Shown one piece after another: positions 20,100 to 29,887 of a stretch of 64,000 bases of DNA (positions are counted from its first letter, which is position 1; each line of letters starts with the position of its first letter). The notes below the pieces were generated by a model. The model was not told where the DNA came from and made no database searches. It was given only the letters and a program-made list of their open reading frames with translations. This DNA comes from an uncultured Chloroflexia bacterium (lineage in GTDB: Bacteria > Chloroflexota > Anaerolineae > Anaerolineales > UBA4823), in assembly GCA_963793095.1 (NCBI GenBank), contig CAWBYY010000008.1, positions 10,644 to 74,643 on the forward strand, read 5' to 3'. A program made the translations under genes and the position numbers.

Positions 20100-20339
20100 T
20101 CAGCAAGGTTTGATCTCAGAATTTGACCCGGCGGTGAATACAACCATCCTGTAGGAGATTGAACATCTCAGATTGCCTATCAATTCAATCATGACGTTTG
20201 GTATGGATACTAATATTCGCCCTAAATTAAATGCCTTGTGATCATGCCCTGGAATGAGGAGTCTTGAATTCTCAGCCAGGTCTCGTGATTCCCTCATTTT
20301 GAACCTGGCATATTCTCTGCCTGAAACTTCGTTATACAT
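20100..20339 (-). CDS. Hypothetical 79-aa protein ending IKPC
   Basis: GGAGG RBS just upstream of the ATG at 20339; resembles the adjacent ORF. Confidence 0.65.
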   Translation of the reverse strand: MYNEVSGREYARFKMRESRDLAENSRLLIPGHDHKAFNLGRILVSIPNVMIELIGNLRCSISYRMVVFTAGSNSEIKPC

Positions 20340-20377
20340 TTCCGCCTCCGTATTGAAAAAATTTGCCAAAATAAAAC

Positions 20378-20617
20378 TCAGCAGGGGTTGATCCTGTTTG
20401 GAGAATTAAGGGTACCGGCGGTTTTCCTGTAATTGATTGCTGTAAATAACTTGCATATAAATGCAGCCCACAGATTATTTACAACATATATATTCCGTTG
20501 AGATTTTAGAGACCGGGTGGATTTGGCTTCTTTAATCAGTCTGTAACCTTCAATTTCATTAGTCATATCTTTTTTACGCTGCTTCATCGTTTCCTCAATA
20601 GAATACAGGGTATCCAT
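20378..20617 (-). CDS. Hypothetical 79-aa protein ending INPC
   Basis: GGAGGT RBS upstream; resembles the adjacent ORF. Confidence 0.68.
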   Translation of the reverse strand: MDTLYSIEETMKQRKKDMTNEIEGYRLIKEAKSTRSLKSQRNIYVVNNLWAAFICKLFTAINYRKTAGTLNSPNRINPC

Positions 20618-20777
20618 TTCTTTGACCTCCTTCAGGTTCCATGAACACTTTTTGTTCCATGAATTGAGTTTATCAAGCAGGTGGTGGGGTTGTCACCTAT
20701 CGAAAGTGGGGAATTTGGATAAATTTAGGCATATTAAGATATAATCAAGGGTATTATGTTATTTATTTGCACAAAAA

Positions 20778-23285
20778 GTGAATACATCACCTGAAAAAAT
20801 AGATCTTAGTGATCTTCATTTTATGATAGAACCACTAACCGCACGCGAACTTCAGATCCTAAAGCGTCTCTCTCGAGGATTGTCCAATCGTGAGATTGCT
20901 GATGATCTTGTTCTGAGTCAGGGGACAGTCAAGTGGTACAACAAGCAGATCTACCAGAAATTGGGGGTGCACAACCGCACTAAGGCTGTCGATCAGGCAA
21001 GGAAAGCGGGTTTATTTGAGGCTGAACGCGAATCGGAACAAACAGCAGGAAACTCTCCAGAGAACAACCTCCCAGCTAATATAACCCCATTTATTGGCCG
21101 CAAAAAGGAGCTCAAGGAGCTATCCGGGCTTTTAAATGACCCAACGAGCAGGCTTGTAAACATTTTTGGTCTGGGAGGTATTGGCAAGACCCGCCTGGCG
21201 ATTGAGGCTGCACGAGCTCTCAACGATGCGTACAAAAATGGTGTGTATTTTGTCGATTTGGCAGCGGTTGAAATTCCCGATATGGTTGTTATTTCTATTG
21301 CAAAAGCCGTCAATTTTAATTTTCAATCACGGGGTCAGTCAGAAGAGCAGGGTGAGTCATACCTGAAACAACAACTGCTTGAGTTCTTACAAAACAAACG
21401 AATCATGCTTGTCCTGGATAACCTGGAACAGTTTTCCGGGGGGCTACAATTAATATCAGAAATTCTGCAATCTGCTGAAGCGGTAAAGATTTTGACAACT
21501 TCACGCGAAAGGCTTAACCTGCAGGGTGAAACCCTTTTTACGCTGGGCGCTATGCAAATTCCTGAGACAAATCACCAGGATAATCTGGATGTATTTCGGG
21601 ATCATGATGCGATTCAACTATTTGTTAAATGCGCCCAGCGCGCCCGCCCTGGATTTGACCTGAACTCGGACAACGCAAGGGATATTGTTGAAATATGCCA
21701 GCTTGTCGGCGGGCTGCCATTAGGGATAGAAATGGCAGCCGCGTGGGCGGAACTGCTAACACCAGAGGAAATTGCGGCGGAAATTAAAACAAACCTGGAT
21801 TTTTTGTCAACCCATTTACACGACATACCTGAACGCCAGCGCAGTATTCACTCGGTGTTTGAATCGTCCTGGCAAAAGTTATCTGGCAGTGAACGGGTGG
21901 TGTTTCAACGGCTGTCGGTGTTCAGGGGAGGATTTACCCGCAGAGCGGCAGAAAAGATCTGCGGCGCAGCGCTTCAGGATCTTATCAACCTGGCAGCTAA
22001 ATCGTTTATTAAACCGGACTTCAATGGAAGATATTTTATCCATAAACTTTTAAGGCAGTATGGAGATCAGAAGTTGAGGCAGGCAGCCGAAAATGAACAA
22101 ATCCGGGATAAACATCTGGAATTCTTTCTTAAATTCGCGGAAGTGGCTGAACTAAAAATCCAGGGAGGGGAACAAATAAAATGGATAAATAAATTGGAGG
22201 TTGAACACAACAACCTGCGGGCAGCCCTGGATTGGGGCCAGATTTCTGGAGGAAAGGCTGAATCCGGACTGCTTCTCGTTGGAGCGCTGGAGAGATTCTG
22301 GGCTGTTCGCTGCTATTTCGATGAAGGGCGTAAATATTTATCCGCCGCCCTCACAAGACCGGAGGCTGAAAAAAGAACTGGCGCACGTGCAAAAGCCCTG
22401 CATGCAGCCGGTCACCTGGCATATATGCAGAGCGATTACAATGCTACCCTGGCTTTGCTTAAAGAAAGCCTTTCGATCTACAGGGAAATTGGCCCTTCTG
22501 GAAGAAGGGGGCTGGCGGATGCCCTCATCACACTTGGAGATATGGAATCGGAACTGGGCAATTATGAAAAGGCAGCCTCTTTGATGTATGAAGCCCTGGA
22601 TATTATGTGTGATTTGAACGATGAACGCGGAATAGCAAGAGCATACTGGCAGCTCGGACAGTGCGCTGTCCGCCCAGGTGATTATAAGCGAGCGGCTGAA
22701 TACTTTGAAAAAGCGCTGCCACTGTTGAATAAACTGGGAGAAGGTAGTAGCACTGCCATAGCTCTCTCAGGTCTGTCAGAGGTGGCGATCAGGCAGGGTG
22801 ATTTCGAGCGTGCCAAAAAATTTGAACATGAGAGCCTTAAACTGCGCCGTGAAATTGATGAAATGTGGGGTATCGCCATTTCACTCGCTAATTTTGGCTG
22901 GATCGCCCTCCGCCAGGGTGACCTGGAACAGGCTGCAAGTTTATTATCGGAAAGTCTTAAACTGCGGTTTGAAATAGGGGATAAAGGTGGGATTGCCTGG
23001 TGCCTTGAGAAATTTGCGGAAATCAGTTTGACTCTGGGAAATAAGAAAACTCCTCCAAGGAATCTGGGAGATTTTCAACGGTCGGTTAAGCTATTTGGAG
23101 CCGCACATGCTATTCGAGCGCCTATGGCCTCGGCTATCGATCTGGTTGACCAACCTGCTTATGAGCAACATATCTCTGCTTTACGAGATCACCTTGATGT
23201 AGCGACCTTCACAGCGAATTGGAACGAGGGAATGGCGATGAATATCTCAGCAGTGGTCGATCTTTCCCAAAAGTTAATTAAATAA
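20778..23285 (+). CDS. LuxR-HTH (N-terminal)-STAND ATPase-TPR transcriptional regulator
   Basis: LTARELQIL...GLSNREIA...TVKWY...IYQKLGV HTH; GLGGIGKT; VLDNLE; GLPLGIEMAA; TPR repeats. Confidence 0.92.
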   Translation: MNTSPEKIDLSDLHFMIEPLTARELQILKRLSRGLSNREIADDLVLSQGTVKWYNKQIYQKLGVHNRTKAVDQARKAGLFEAERESEQTAGNSPENNLPANITPFIGRKKELKELSGLLNDPTSRLVNIFGLGGIGKTRLAIEAARALNDAYKNGVYFVDLAAVEIPDMVVISIAKAVNFNFQSRGQSEEQGESYLKQQLLEFLQNKRIMLVLDNLEQFSGGLQLISEILQSAEAVKILTTSRERLNLQGETLFTLGAMQIPETNHQDNLDVFRDHDAIQLFVKCAQRARPGFDLNSDNARDIVEICQLVGGLPLGIEMAAAWAELLTPEEIAAEIKTNLDFLSTHLHDIPERQRSIHSVFESSWQKLSGSERVVFQRLSVFRGGFTRRAAEKICGAALQDLINLAAKSFIKPDFNGRYFIHKLLRQYGDQKLRQAAENEQIRDKHLEFFLKFAEVAELKIQGGEQIKWINKLEVEHNNLRAALDWGQISGGKAESGLLLVGALERFWAVRCYFDEGRKYLSAALTRPEAEKRTGARAKALHAAGHLAYMQSDYNATLALLKESLSIYREIGPSGRRGLADALITLGDMESELGNYEKAASLMYEALDIMCDLNDERGIARAYWQLGQCAVRPGDYKRAAEYFEKALPLLNKLGEGSSTAIALSGLSEVAIRQGDFERAKKFEHESLKLRREIDEMWGIAISLANFGWIALRQGDLEQAASLLSESLKLRFEIGDKGGIAWCLEKFAEISLTLGNKKTPPRNLGDFQRSVKLFGAAHAIRAPMASAIDLVDQPAYEQHISALRDHLDVATFTANWNEGMAMNISAVVDLSQKLIK

Positions 23286-23473
23286 GAAAACCTGGCTGGC
23301 ATTATTTTATTCTCCTCAATTTCCCATATCCAGCATCATCAAGAAAATTTTAAGAAAATGAGGGTTCCTCGGGTTTTTATACCCTGGGAAAAGGCGCAAA
23401 TAAATATTTGCAGGTTCATTTCTCCCTTTTTGCGCTAGCGCAAAGACAGAAATAAATATTTAGGCTATTATTT

Positions 23474-23872
23474 TTGCTGGAGACCTGGCAGGTGGTGAGG
23501 GAAATCCCGCTGCTGGGAGGCGGGGGGCTGTTTGTGAAGACCCATCCGGAGAGCAAATGGATCTGGGCGGACCATGTGCTGAACTCGGACGAGGCGATCC
23601 AGCGCACGATCTGCGTGATCGCCAAGGAGAACCCGACGGAGACCTACAAGTGCTGGGAGGCGGCGGATTACGGGCGGGCGGTCCATTTTGAGTACAACAA
23701 GGACGGGGACCAGGTGTGGGTGAGCATCTGGGGAACGGCGGACCAGCCCGGGAAGACTGGCGAGATCGTGATCTACGATGACGCCAGCCTGGAGGAGATT
23801 GCCCGGATACCCGACCTGGTGACGCCAACTGGCAAGTTCAACGTCTATAATACCGTCCACGATATTTATTAA
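23474..23872 (+). pseudogene. nirS: C-terminal fragment of cytochrome cd1 nitrite reductase (d1 beta-propeller end)
   Basis: GGGLFVKTHP, RAVHFEYNKDGDQVWVSIW and TPTGKFNVYNTVHDIY* match the NirS C-terminus. The 5' part of the gene is absent. Confidence 0.85.
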
Positions 23873-23998
23873 TTTTCGCCAGCCCTGAAGGCAATCCTGT
23901 GCCTTTATCATCCGGGAATGGCGAAACAAATATCGCAGGCAAGCCGGAAATGAGGCCTTCAGAAAGACTGGCTTAATACAGGCCGGAATAGAACAGCG

Positions 23999-24235
23999 AT
24001 GGAATACGATTTAATCAACCCGGATATGTTCATTGCGGATATTATGGAGCGCTGGCCGGAAACTATTATACTTTTCCTGGAACACGGGATGGCCTGTGCA
24101 GGCTGTAGCCTGTCGGCTTTCTCTACACTGGCTGATGCCCTGGAAGTCTATAATATCCCCCAGGAAGAAATCCTGGTTCGCCTTAACCAGCCCATCATGC
24201 TCCAGAAAAATAACCCTGGACGATCAATTGGCTGA
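23999..24235 (+). CDS. DUF1858 (hybrid-cluster-associated redox) domain protein
   Basis: I.PDM.IA.I....PET...F..HGM.C.GC....F.TL..A pattern. Confidence 0.82.
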   Translation: MEYDLINPDMFIADIMERWPETIILFLEHGMACAGCSLSAFSTLADALEVYNIPQEEILVRLNQPIMLQKNNPGRSIG

Positions 24236-24267
24236 TATTGGGAATAAAGTGGTCTTGGAGGGTATCT

Positions 24268-24654
24268 ATGTCCAGTAATCAGGAGGACAGTTATTTTTCC
24301 AACTTTGTGGGTGGTGAATTTGAGATGCCTCTGGTCATGATTGAGTCGCCTTATGCAGGGGATGTGGAGACGAACATAAAATTTGCCAGGGCGTGCATGC
24401 GCGATTCGCTGGACAGAGGCGAGGCGCCGTTGGCGATGCACCTGCTGTATACCCAGGAGGGTATCCTTGACGATGATATCCCCAAGCAGCGAGAATTGGG
24501 AATCGTGGCGGGTTTATCCTGGGGCAGGCACGCTGACAAAACGGTCGTTTACACCAACCTGGGGATTACCGCGGGCATGGAAATCGGGATTCAAACAGCT
24601 GAAAGGGAGGGGAGGCAGGTTGAATACCGGGAACTGGGCTCGTGGAGCCCATAG
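24268..24654 (+). CDS. Hypothetical protein of a family often found in phages (ESPYAGD motif)
   Basis: VMIESPYAGDVETN...GEAPLAMHLLY...GITAGM; start could also be 24325. Confidence 0.7.
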   Translation: MSSNQEDSYFSNFVGGEFEMPLVMIESPYAGDVETNIKFARACMRDSLDRGEAPLAMHLLYTQEGILDDDIPKQRELGIVAGLSWGRHADKTVVYTNLGITAGMEIGIQTAEREGRQVEYRELGSWSP

Positions 24655-24726
24655 CCGAAATCCACTGGAACTGCTATCATAGCGCACAGCAACCTGATCA
24701 AATCCAAATGGATAAGCTGAAATAAT

Positions 24727-25638
24727 ATGAATGAGAAAAAATCAAAACTGGAAGGTGGATATACAATCCATCCTTTATCAAAGATTGGCGCCATTGCATT
24801 AAATGTATCCAACCTTGGGAACCAGATCGATTTCTACCAGAAAGTCCTTGGATTTCAACTTCTCTGGCGTAAAGAGGATCAGGCTGGTTTGGGCACACCT
24901 GAACGAGAACTGCTGAGGCTGGTTGGACAGCCAGGTTACAAACGCTATTCCCGGGCGGCCGGGCTGTACCATTTTGCGGTCCTGTACCCGAACCAGGGCG
25001 AACTGGCGCGTGCAATCGGGCGGTTATTCCACCTGAATTATCCCAACTCTCCAACCGACCATATTATGACCAAGACCACCTACCTGGATGACCCGGAAGG
25101 CAACGGCATCGAACTGTACGCCGAATCGCCCGAAGACGGGGAATGGTTTATAGATGGGGATAGCTTTGGCGCCCGGCGGGCGGACGGTTCGCTTTCCAAC
25201 GGGCGTGAGCCGCTTGATCTGGAGGCGCTTTTCCGCCAGCTAGGAGAAGATGACAGGCTTGAAGACCCGATCCCACCGGAAACCCGGATCGGGCATGTCC
25301 ACCTGCATGTCAGCGATATCGATGAAGCCTTGGGTTTTTATCACGGGACGCTTGGATTTGATGTCATGGGCGTTTCCCCTGGAATCGGGATGGCGTTTGT
25401 CTCGGCAGGCGGCTACCACCACCACATCGGCCTGAACACCTGGAAGGGTCGCGGAATCCCGCCTGCGCCACCGGATGCGCTCGGGCTTGACCACTTTACA
25501 GTGGAACTTCCTGACCGGGCCGCGCTGGAAATAGTCAGTGCCAGAGTGGAAACCGGAGGCTTGGCTACCAGAGAAGAAGCAGACGGGCTGCTGCTGCGCG
25601 ACCCGTCTCAGATAGGTGTGCTCTTAAGGGTTAAATAG
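24727..25638 (+). CDS. VOC/glyoxalase family protein (CatE-like ring-cleaving dioxygenase)
   Basis: GLYHFA, YLDDPEGNGIELY, GHVHLHV and GGYHHHIGLNTW motifs. Confidence 0.9.
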   Translation: MNEKKSKLEGGYTIHPLSKIGAIALNVSNLGNQIDFYQKVLGFQLLWRKEDQAGLGTPERELLRLVGQPGYKRYSRAAGLYHFAVLYPNQGELARAIGRLFHLNYPNSPTDHIMTKTTYLDDPEGNGIELYAESPEDGEWFIDGDSFGARRADGSLSNGREPLDLEALFRQLGEDDRLEDPIPPETRIGHVHLHVSDIDEALGFYHGTLGFDVMGVSPGIGMAFVSAGGYHHHIGLNTWKGRGIPPAPPDALGLDHFTVELPDRAALEIVSARVETGGLATREEADGLLLRDPSQIGVLLRVK

Positions 25639-25684
25639 AACCAGCTTGTGTTTCCGGGAAATTGTTGGGATTCCTCGACCTCGC

Positions 25685-27319
25685 TTACAGGCTGGCTTCT
25701 TGCGAGTGGTAACCGCTGGAGCCTGAGGGTCTGGCTTTTGCCTCTTCCGCAATCTGGGGGGTTCCATCGCCTTCCTCGCAGCGCACCTCAAAAACATGAT
25801 CGCCGGCTTCAAAAGGCCAGTCGAAGCGCCAGATCACCCAGGTGGTCTCCGAGAGCGGTGAGCGCAACTTGGCCTCCTGCCAGGGGCCGCCGTCCATGCG
25901 CACTTCCACTTTCGAAATGCGGCGGTCGCCGGAATATGCGATCCCGCCGATCGGAACCAGCTGGTCCCCGCCGCTCTCATAGACCGCATTGGCGGCGACT
26001 GTGTCGATCACAGAGGTGGCTTTGACCTGGGCGATTTCATCCCAGCCGCGTTCAACCCAGTATCCCTCTTCGTATGTATCGGTCACCTCAATAGAAGTGA
26101 TCCACTTGGGCTGTTTCATCCCGTAGCGGTCCGGGATCCAGATACGCAGCGGAAAACCGTGTTCGGAGGGGAGCGGGTTGCCGTCCCAGTTGTAGCAGAA
26201 CATGATCCTATCGTCGGATTCAATCAGGTCAAGGGCGATCGTCTCGTAAAAACCGTCGGCGGAGTTAATCTTGAGATAGCGGGCTTCCGGTTTCAAGCCG
26301 GCATCCGCCAGGACATCCATCACGCTGGCGCCTTCCCACAGGGTAGTCCCGATCAGCGAGGTTCCAACCCGGCCGGAGATGCAGGAAATGGTGACATACT
26401 GGCTGCGGACCGGGTAATTATCCCGCAAGTCATCCGGGGTAAGCATGAGCGGGTTTTCAACAAGCCCGGTGATTGGCAGGTGCCAGGTATCCCCGTCAAT
26501 TTCGGTGGGTTGGACTTCTATGAAGACCTTGTAGTGGTCTTTGAGAGGGGTATATTCAGGGCGGGTCCCCGGGGCGGGAGTGACCGGGTCATCGATGTTG
26601 GGCAGCTGTTTGCCCTCCGGCGAGTCAACCTGGTGGGCCATGCCTGCTTCGAGTTCAAGCAGCCTTTGAGACTGTTCGGACCGTTCCAGCAGGGCAGCCA
26701 GACCGGCGCCCACCACTGTGACCGAGGCGCTGGTCGCCCCCAGGGTGATCAGGAACTGGCGCCGGTTGAGCCGCTGGACATCCGCTGTTTCTTGCTCTTC
26801 TCCGCTGGCGGCTTGCTCGTATTCAAGCAGCCTGGCAGTGACAAACGACAGCAGCAGCCCCCAGGCTCCAAACAGAACCGCCAGCCAGAGGATGTTAATA
26901 AACGGGTTCATTTTTGAGGCCCCGACCCCGATGCTGACTGCGATCATGGGCAGTCCCAGCAGGGCTCCCGCCACCAATCCGGCCGGGATGCCGGGTTTGA
27001 TTTTCGAAATGGATGTATAAAGGAAGAAACCCGCCCCAACCAGGGTCGCCACTACAAAGAAACCGAATACAGCCATCATCTGCTCGGCTGTTTTGGCTGC
27101 GTCGGCGACGTTGATACCCAGCAGAATCAGCGTGTCGATCATCAAATCGATCCCGAAGGTGACCACCGGCCCCGGCAGGATTTTGGTGACCCAGTTGAAC
27201 AGGTCGTAAGGGATAAACGCCAGGTCAAAAAGCTGGTTCGCCAGATACATCAGGACAGTGAGAGGGGCTGCCAGGAGGGCGCCCACCAGCAAACTCAGTC
27301 CAATGTGTGATTTCCGCAT
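25685..27319 (-). CDS. Membrane-anchored sulfite-oxidase-family molybdopterin oxidoreductase
   Basis: N-terminal TM domain, internal RRQFL twin-Arg motif, Mo-ligand Cys (TISCIS), HGFPLR...YGMKQPKW and a C-terminal dimerisation domain. Confidence 0.9.
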   Translation of the reverse strand: MRKSHIGLSLLVGALLAAPLTVLMYLANQLFDLAFIPYDLFNWVTKILPGPVVTFGIDLMIDTLILLGINVADAAKTAEQMMAVFGFFVVATLVGAGFFLYTSISKIKPGIPAGLVAGALLGLPMIAVSIGVGASKMNPFINILWLAVLFGAWGLLLSFVTARLLEYEQAASGEEQETADVQRLNRRQFLITLGATSASVTVVGAGLAALLERSEQSQRLLELEAGMAHQVDSPEGKQLPNIDDPVTPAPGTRPEYTPLKDHYKVFIEVQPTEIDGDTWHLPITGLVENPLMLTPDDLRDNYPVRSQYVTISCISGRVGTSLIGTTLWEGASVMDVLADAGLKPEARYLKINSADGFYETIALDLIESDDRIMFCYNWDGNPLPSEHGFPLRIWIPDRYGMKQPKWITSIEVTDTYEEGYWVERGWDEIAQVKATSVIDTVAANAVYESGGDQLVPIGGIAYSGDRRISKVEVRMDGGPWQEAKLRSPLSETTWVIWRFDWPFEAGDHVFEVRCEEGDGTPQIAEEAKARPSGSSGYHSQEASL

Positions 27320-27456
27320 TTTTTCGCTCCTTTCAATAAACTCGGCGTGGTGGTAGCTAAATATGAAATAAAAATTTGAAATAATGCATAGATTTTGGAT
27401 TTATTATACGTAAAAATTGTTAATATTTTTCTCCAGCAGTGTATATTTTGAAAATA

Positions 27457-27495
27457 AATCCTGTGCGGCAGAATTGTAGTATACCGCACAGGATT
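27457..27495 (-). terminator. Intrinsic terminator
   Basis: AATCCTGTGCGG...CCGCACAGGATT inverted repeat followed by a T-rich tract on the minus strand. Confidence 0.6.
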
Positions 27496-27521
27496 GGAAG
27501 GCAGTTTATGGGATAAGCTTC

Positions 27522-27830
27522 TTACCTGTTCCAGATAGCGGTATACCCGACCTCGCCCGGGCTTGCATGGTCGCCGCCGGGAGTTCCGGCCCCTTCTCTA
27601 TTTGTAGCATGGGTGGGGACAAAAACATCAGGGCCTGGCACCGTATAGTCGCCACCGCCAATTTCAACAATATTTGCCGGATCAGAATTTCCGTGTTCCT
27701 CTCCTGCCTGTCCTCCGAGCACGGGGCAAACAAAGCCATCTCCTTTAACTGGAGGCCCGGCAAAGGCAGCTGTGACAGTGAGGGCATATAAAATCCCGGT
27801 CAGGACCAGTACGTACAGTATTTTTTTCAT
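27522..27830 (-). CDS. Small secreted Gly/Pro-rich hypothetical protein
   Basis: AAGGAG RBS and signal peptide MKKILYVLV...AAFA. Confidence 0.72.
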   Translation of the reverse strand: MKKILYVLVLTGILYALTVTAAFAGPPVKGDGFVCPVLGGQAGEEHGNSDPANIVEIGGGDYTVPGPDVFVPTHATNREGAGTPGGDHASPGEVGYTAIWNR

Positions 27831-28271
27831 CTTTAACTCCTTTCTATCTTGCAAATCGGACCGCCTTCCACAGAACCAGTCTAAAACCGATTGGTTGTGG
27901 ATGTCTTTAGGGAAAATTACAATTTCATTACAGCGGTTCATGTGTTCGGGGAGTGTCCAGGGTCCGCCCGCCCGTCAGAACAACGGTCATTTCGAGCCGG
28001 TCGAAAAATCCCCCACAGTGGTTGTTAACTGATCTGGTAATCAGGTAAAAATGGGAAGACGGCCTGATTGATCAGCAGCCGTCAGGTCCCAGCAGTAATA
28101 CTCCTCCGGGGTATCAGAAGTAAAAAATGATGGTGAGCCAGTATAAGCTGGCTCAAATTGGCTAGAATAATCTGGAGTGGAAGCCCAAAAATTTCCAGTA
28201 ATTTAAAAAACTACAAATTATCCAGAATCTAAGACCAGTAAATATGCGAGCCCCCCTCATACAAACCTGGG

Positions 28272-28562
28272 TTATATCGACCTGATCTCGTAAACCCTGA
28301 TAGCGGTGATAAAGGGGCAGGATTTTGCAATCTCTTCGGCTTCTTCGATGTCTTCAGCAGTGATCACGTTGTAGCCTGTGATTGCGTCTTTATCAAAAGC
28401 CAGTTCCCTGGTCCCGGATCTGGTGATCTCCCTTCCCGGTCCCAGACCGGTGCCGGGTTCTACCTGTCTTTCTGCGATGGATTGAAACCATTTATTCCAG
28501 GCATCCATGATCTCCTGGGTAGGCATCTCGAATCCGATATGGAATAACACAAATTTTTTCAA
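28272..28562 (-). CDS. YCII-related domain protein
   Basis: MDAWNKWF, ITGYNVITAEDIEEAEEIAKSCP and IRVYEI; TTG start with GGAG RBS. Confidence 0.8.
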   Translation of the reverse strand: MKKFVLFHIGFEMPTQEIMDAWNKWFQSIAERQVEPGTGLGPGREITRSGTRELAFDKDAITGYNVITAEDIEEAEEIAKSCPFITAIRVYEIRSI

Positions 28563-28869
28563 ATCAATCTCCTGTACTATTCTGATGTTTGAAATAAACC
28601 CGGTAAAAGAAGAAACGGCTTTAAAATCCCGGGCAGCCAGATTATACACTAAATCATATCTAATTCATCTAAATATTTTGGGCTGGATGCAACCCGATTG
28701 GGCCAGGGCTGGATGAAGATTATTCCTGGGCTGCCGTAGAACTGGAATCGGAGCGATTGAGGATAAATAATAAAGCCCTGACCGGACAAGGCAAATAGGA
28801 CTGCTGCCAGGATATTATGAAGTGCTGGTAAAATCGTTCAGCAGGATATTCAACAGCGAGGGAATAAAA

Positions 28870-29379
28870 ATGACAGGTAAAGTACTGGTGGGATATGCGA
28901 CCAATTACGGCTCAACCCGGGAGGTCGCCGAGGCGGTTGCGGCTGTGCTGGAAGAGTCCGGTTATGCGGTGGATACCCAGCCCCTGCGGGAGGCAGCCAG
29001 ACTCGAAGGCTGCCAGGCGGTGGTGATGGGAGCCGCCCTCTACATGTTCCGCTGGCACAAGGACGCAAAACGGTTCCTTTCGAAGCACAAAAAATCGCTG
29101 GTGCAAATGCCGGTGGCGGTCTTCGCCCTCGGCCCAACCCATGACCCTCACGATGAGCAGGAGTGGCGCGAATCCCAATCGCAGCTTGATAAAGAATTAG
29201 CCGGATACACCTGGTTTAAACCGGTTGATATTAAATTGTTCGGGGGCAAATTCGACCCTGAGAAGCTCAAATTTCCGCTCAACAAACTGGCGGGGAGCGA
29301 GCCGGCTACAGACATCCGCGACTGGGAGGCGATCCGGGCATGGGCAGGCGGACTGCCGGAGCTTTTTGGTTTATCATAA
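28870..29379 (+). CDS. Flavodoxin-domain protein (HemG-like, Flavodoxin_5)
   Basis: YATNYGSTREVAE, FGGKFD and DIRDWEAIRAWA motifs. Confidence 0.85.
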   Translation: MTGKVLVGYATNYGSTREVAEAVAAVLEESGYAVDTQPLREAARLEGCQAVVMGAALYMFRWHKDAKRFLSKHKKSLVQMPVAVFALGPTHDPHDEQEWRESQSQLDKELAGYTWFKPVDIKLFGGKFDPEKLKFPLNKLAGSEPATDIRDWEAIRAWAGGLPELFGLS

Positions 29380-29556
29380 TATAATTTTGCAGCACACCGG
29401 CTTGCTTTATGGGTGGACCGACTGGCCGGTCGAAAGCCACCCCAGGTTTGTTGCACCACTCCGACCGGGACATCTCCGGCACAATCATAAAAGTTATTAA
29501 ATAATTCCCGGGTGCAACTTACCCGTGTCCACTTTTTCTGTACCATACGACCTGTG

Positions 29557-29688
29557 TAGTGCGATGCACCTGCGAGGTGCGTTGCACTAGATTCCTCAAA
29601 CTTTAGGTGCAACGCACTTATTAAGTGCATCGCACCACCTGTACGATAGTACGTTGCACTTGATTCCTCAAACTTAAGGCGCAACGCA
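29557..29688. repeat. BIME-like cluster of palindromic GTGC(G/A)(A/T)..GCAC(C/T)T units
   Basis: Hairpins at 29557-29589 and 29605-29636, plus a 37-nt direct repeat at 29580-29616 and 29652-29688 (period 72). Confidence 0.75.
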
Positions 29689-29887
29689 TTTTAGATCCTT
29701 CGTTCCTCCCCCGAAGCGATGCTGCACGATCCCACAGGGATGCTTCGCGATCAGGATAAACTCAGGACAGGCTGCATCACACCACGGTTATCCCGGGGCT
29801 GACGCTGGGAATTATTGCCGCTTGTTTAAAGGGTTGGCAAACTTTATAATAGGTTTCTCGTCCATAAAATTCGCGAAAGGACCATAA

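Noticed and set aside
29580-29688. Possible mini-CRISPR (two 37-nt repeats GTTGCAC...GTGCAAC with a 35-nt spacer)
   Set aside because: There are only two imperfect copies, the spacer itself contains the same palindromic half-site, and no cas genes are in the window. A REP/BIME cluster explains it better.
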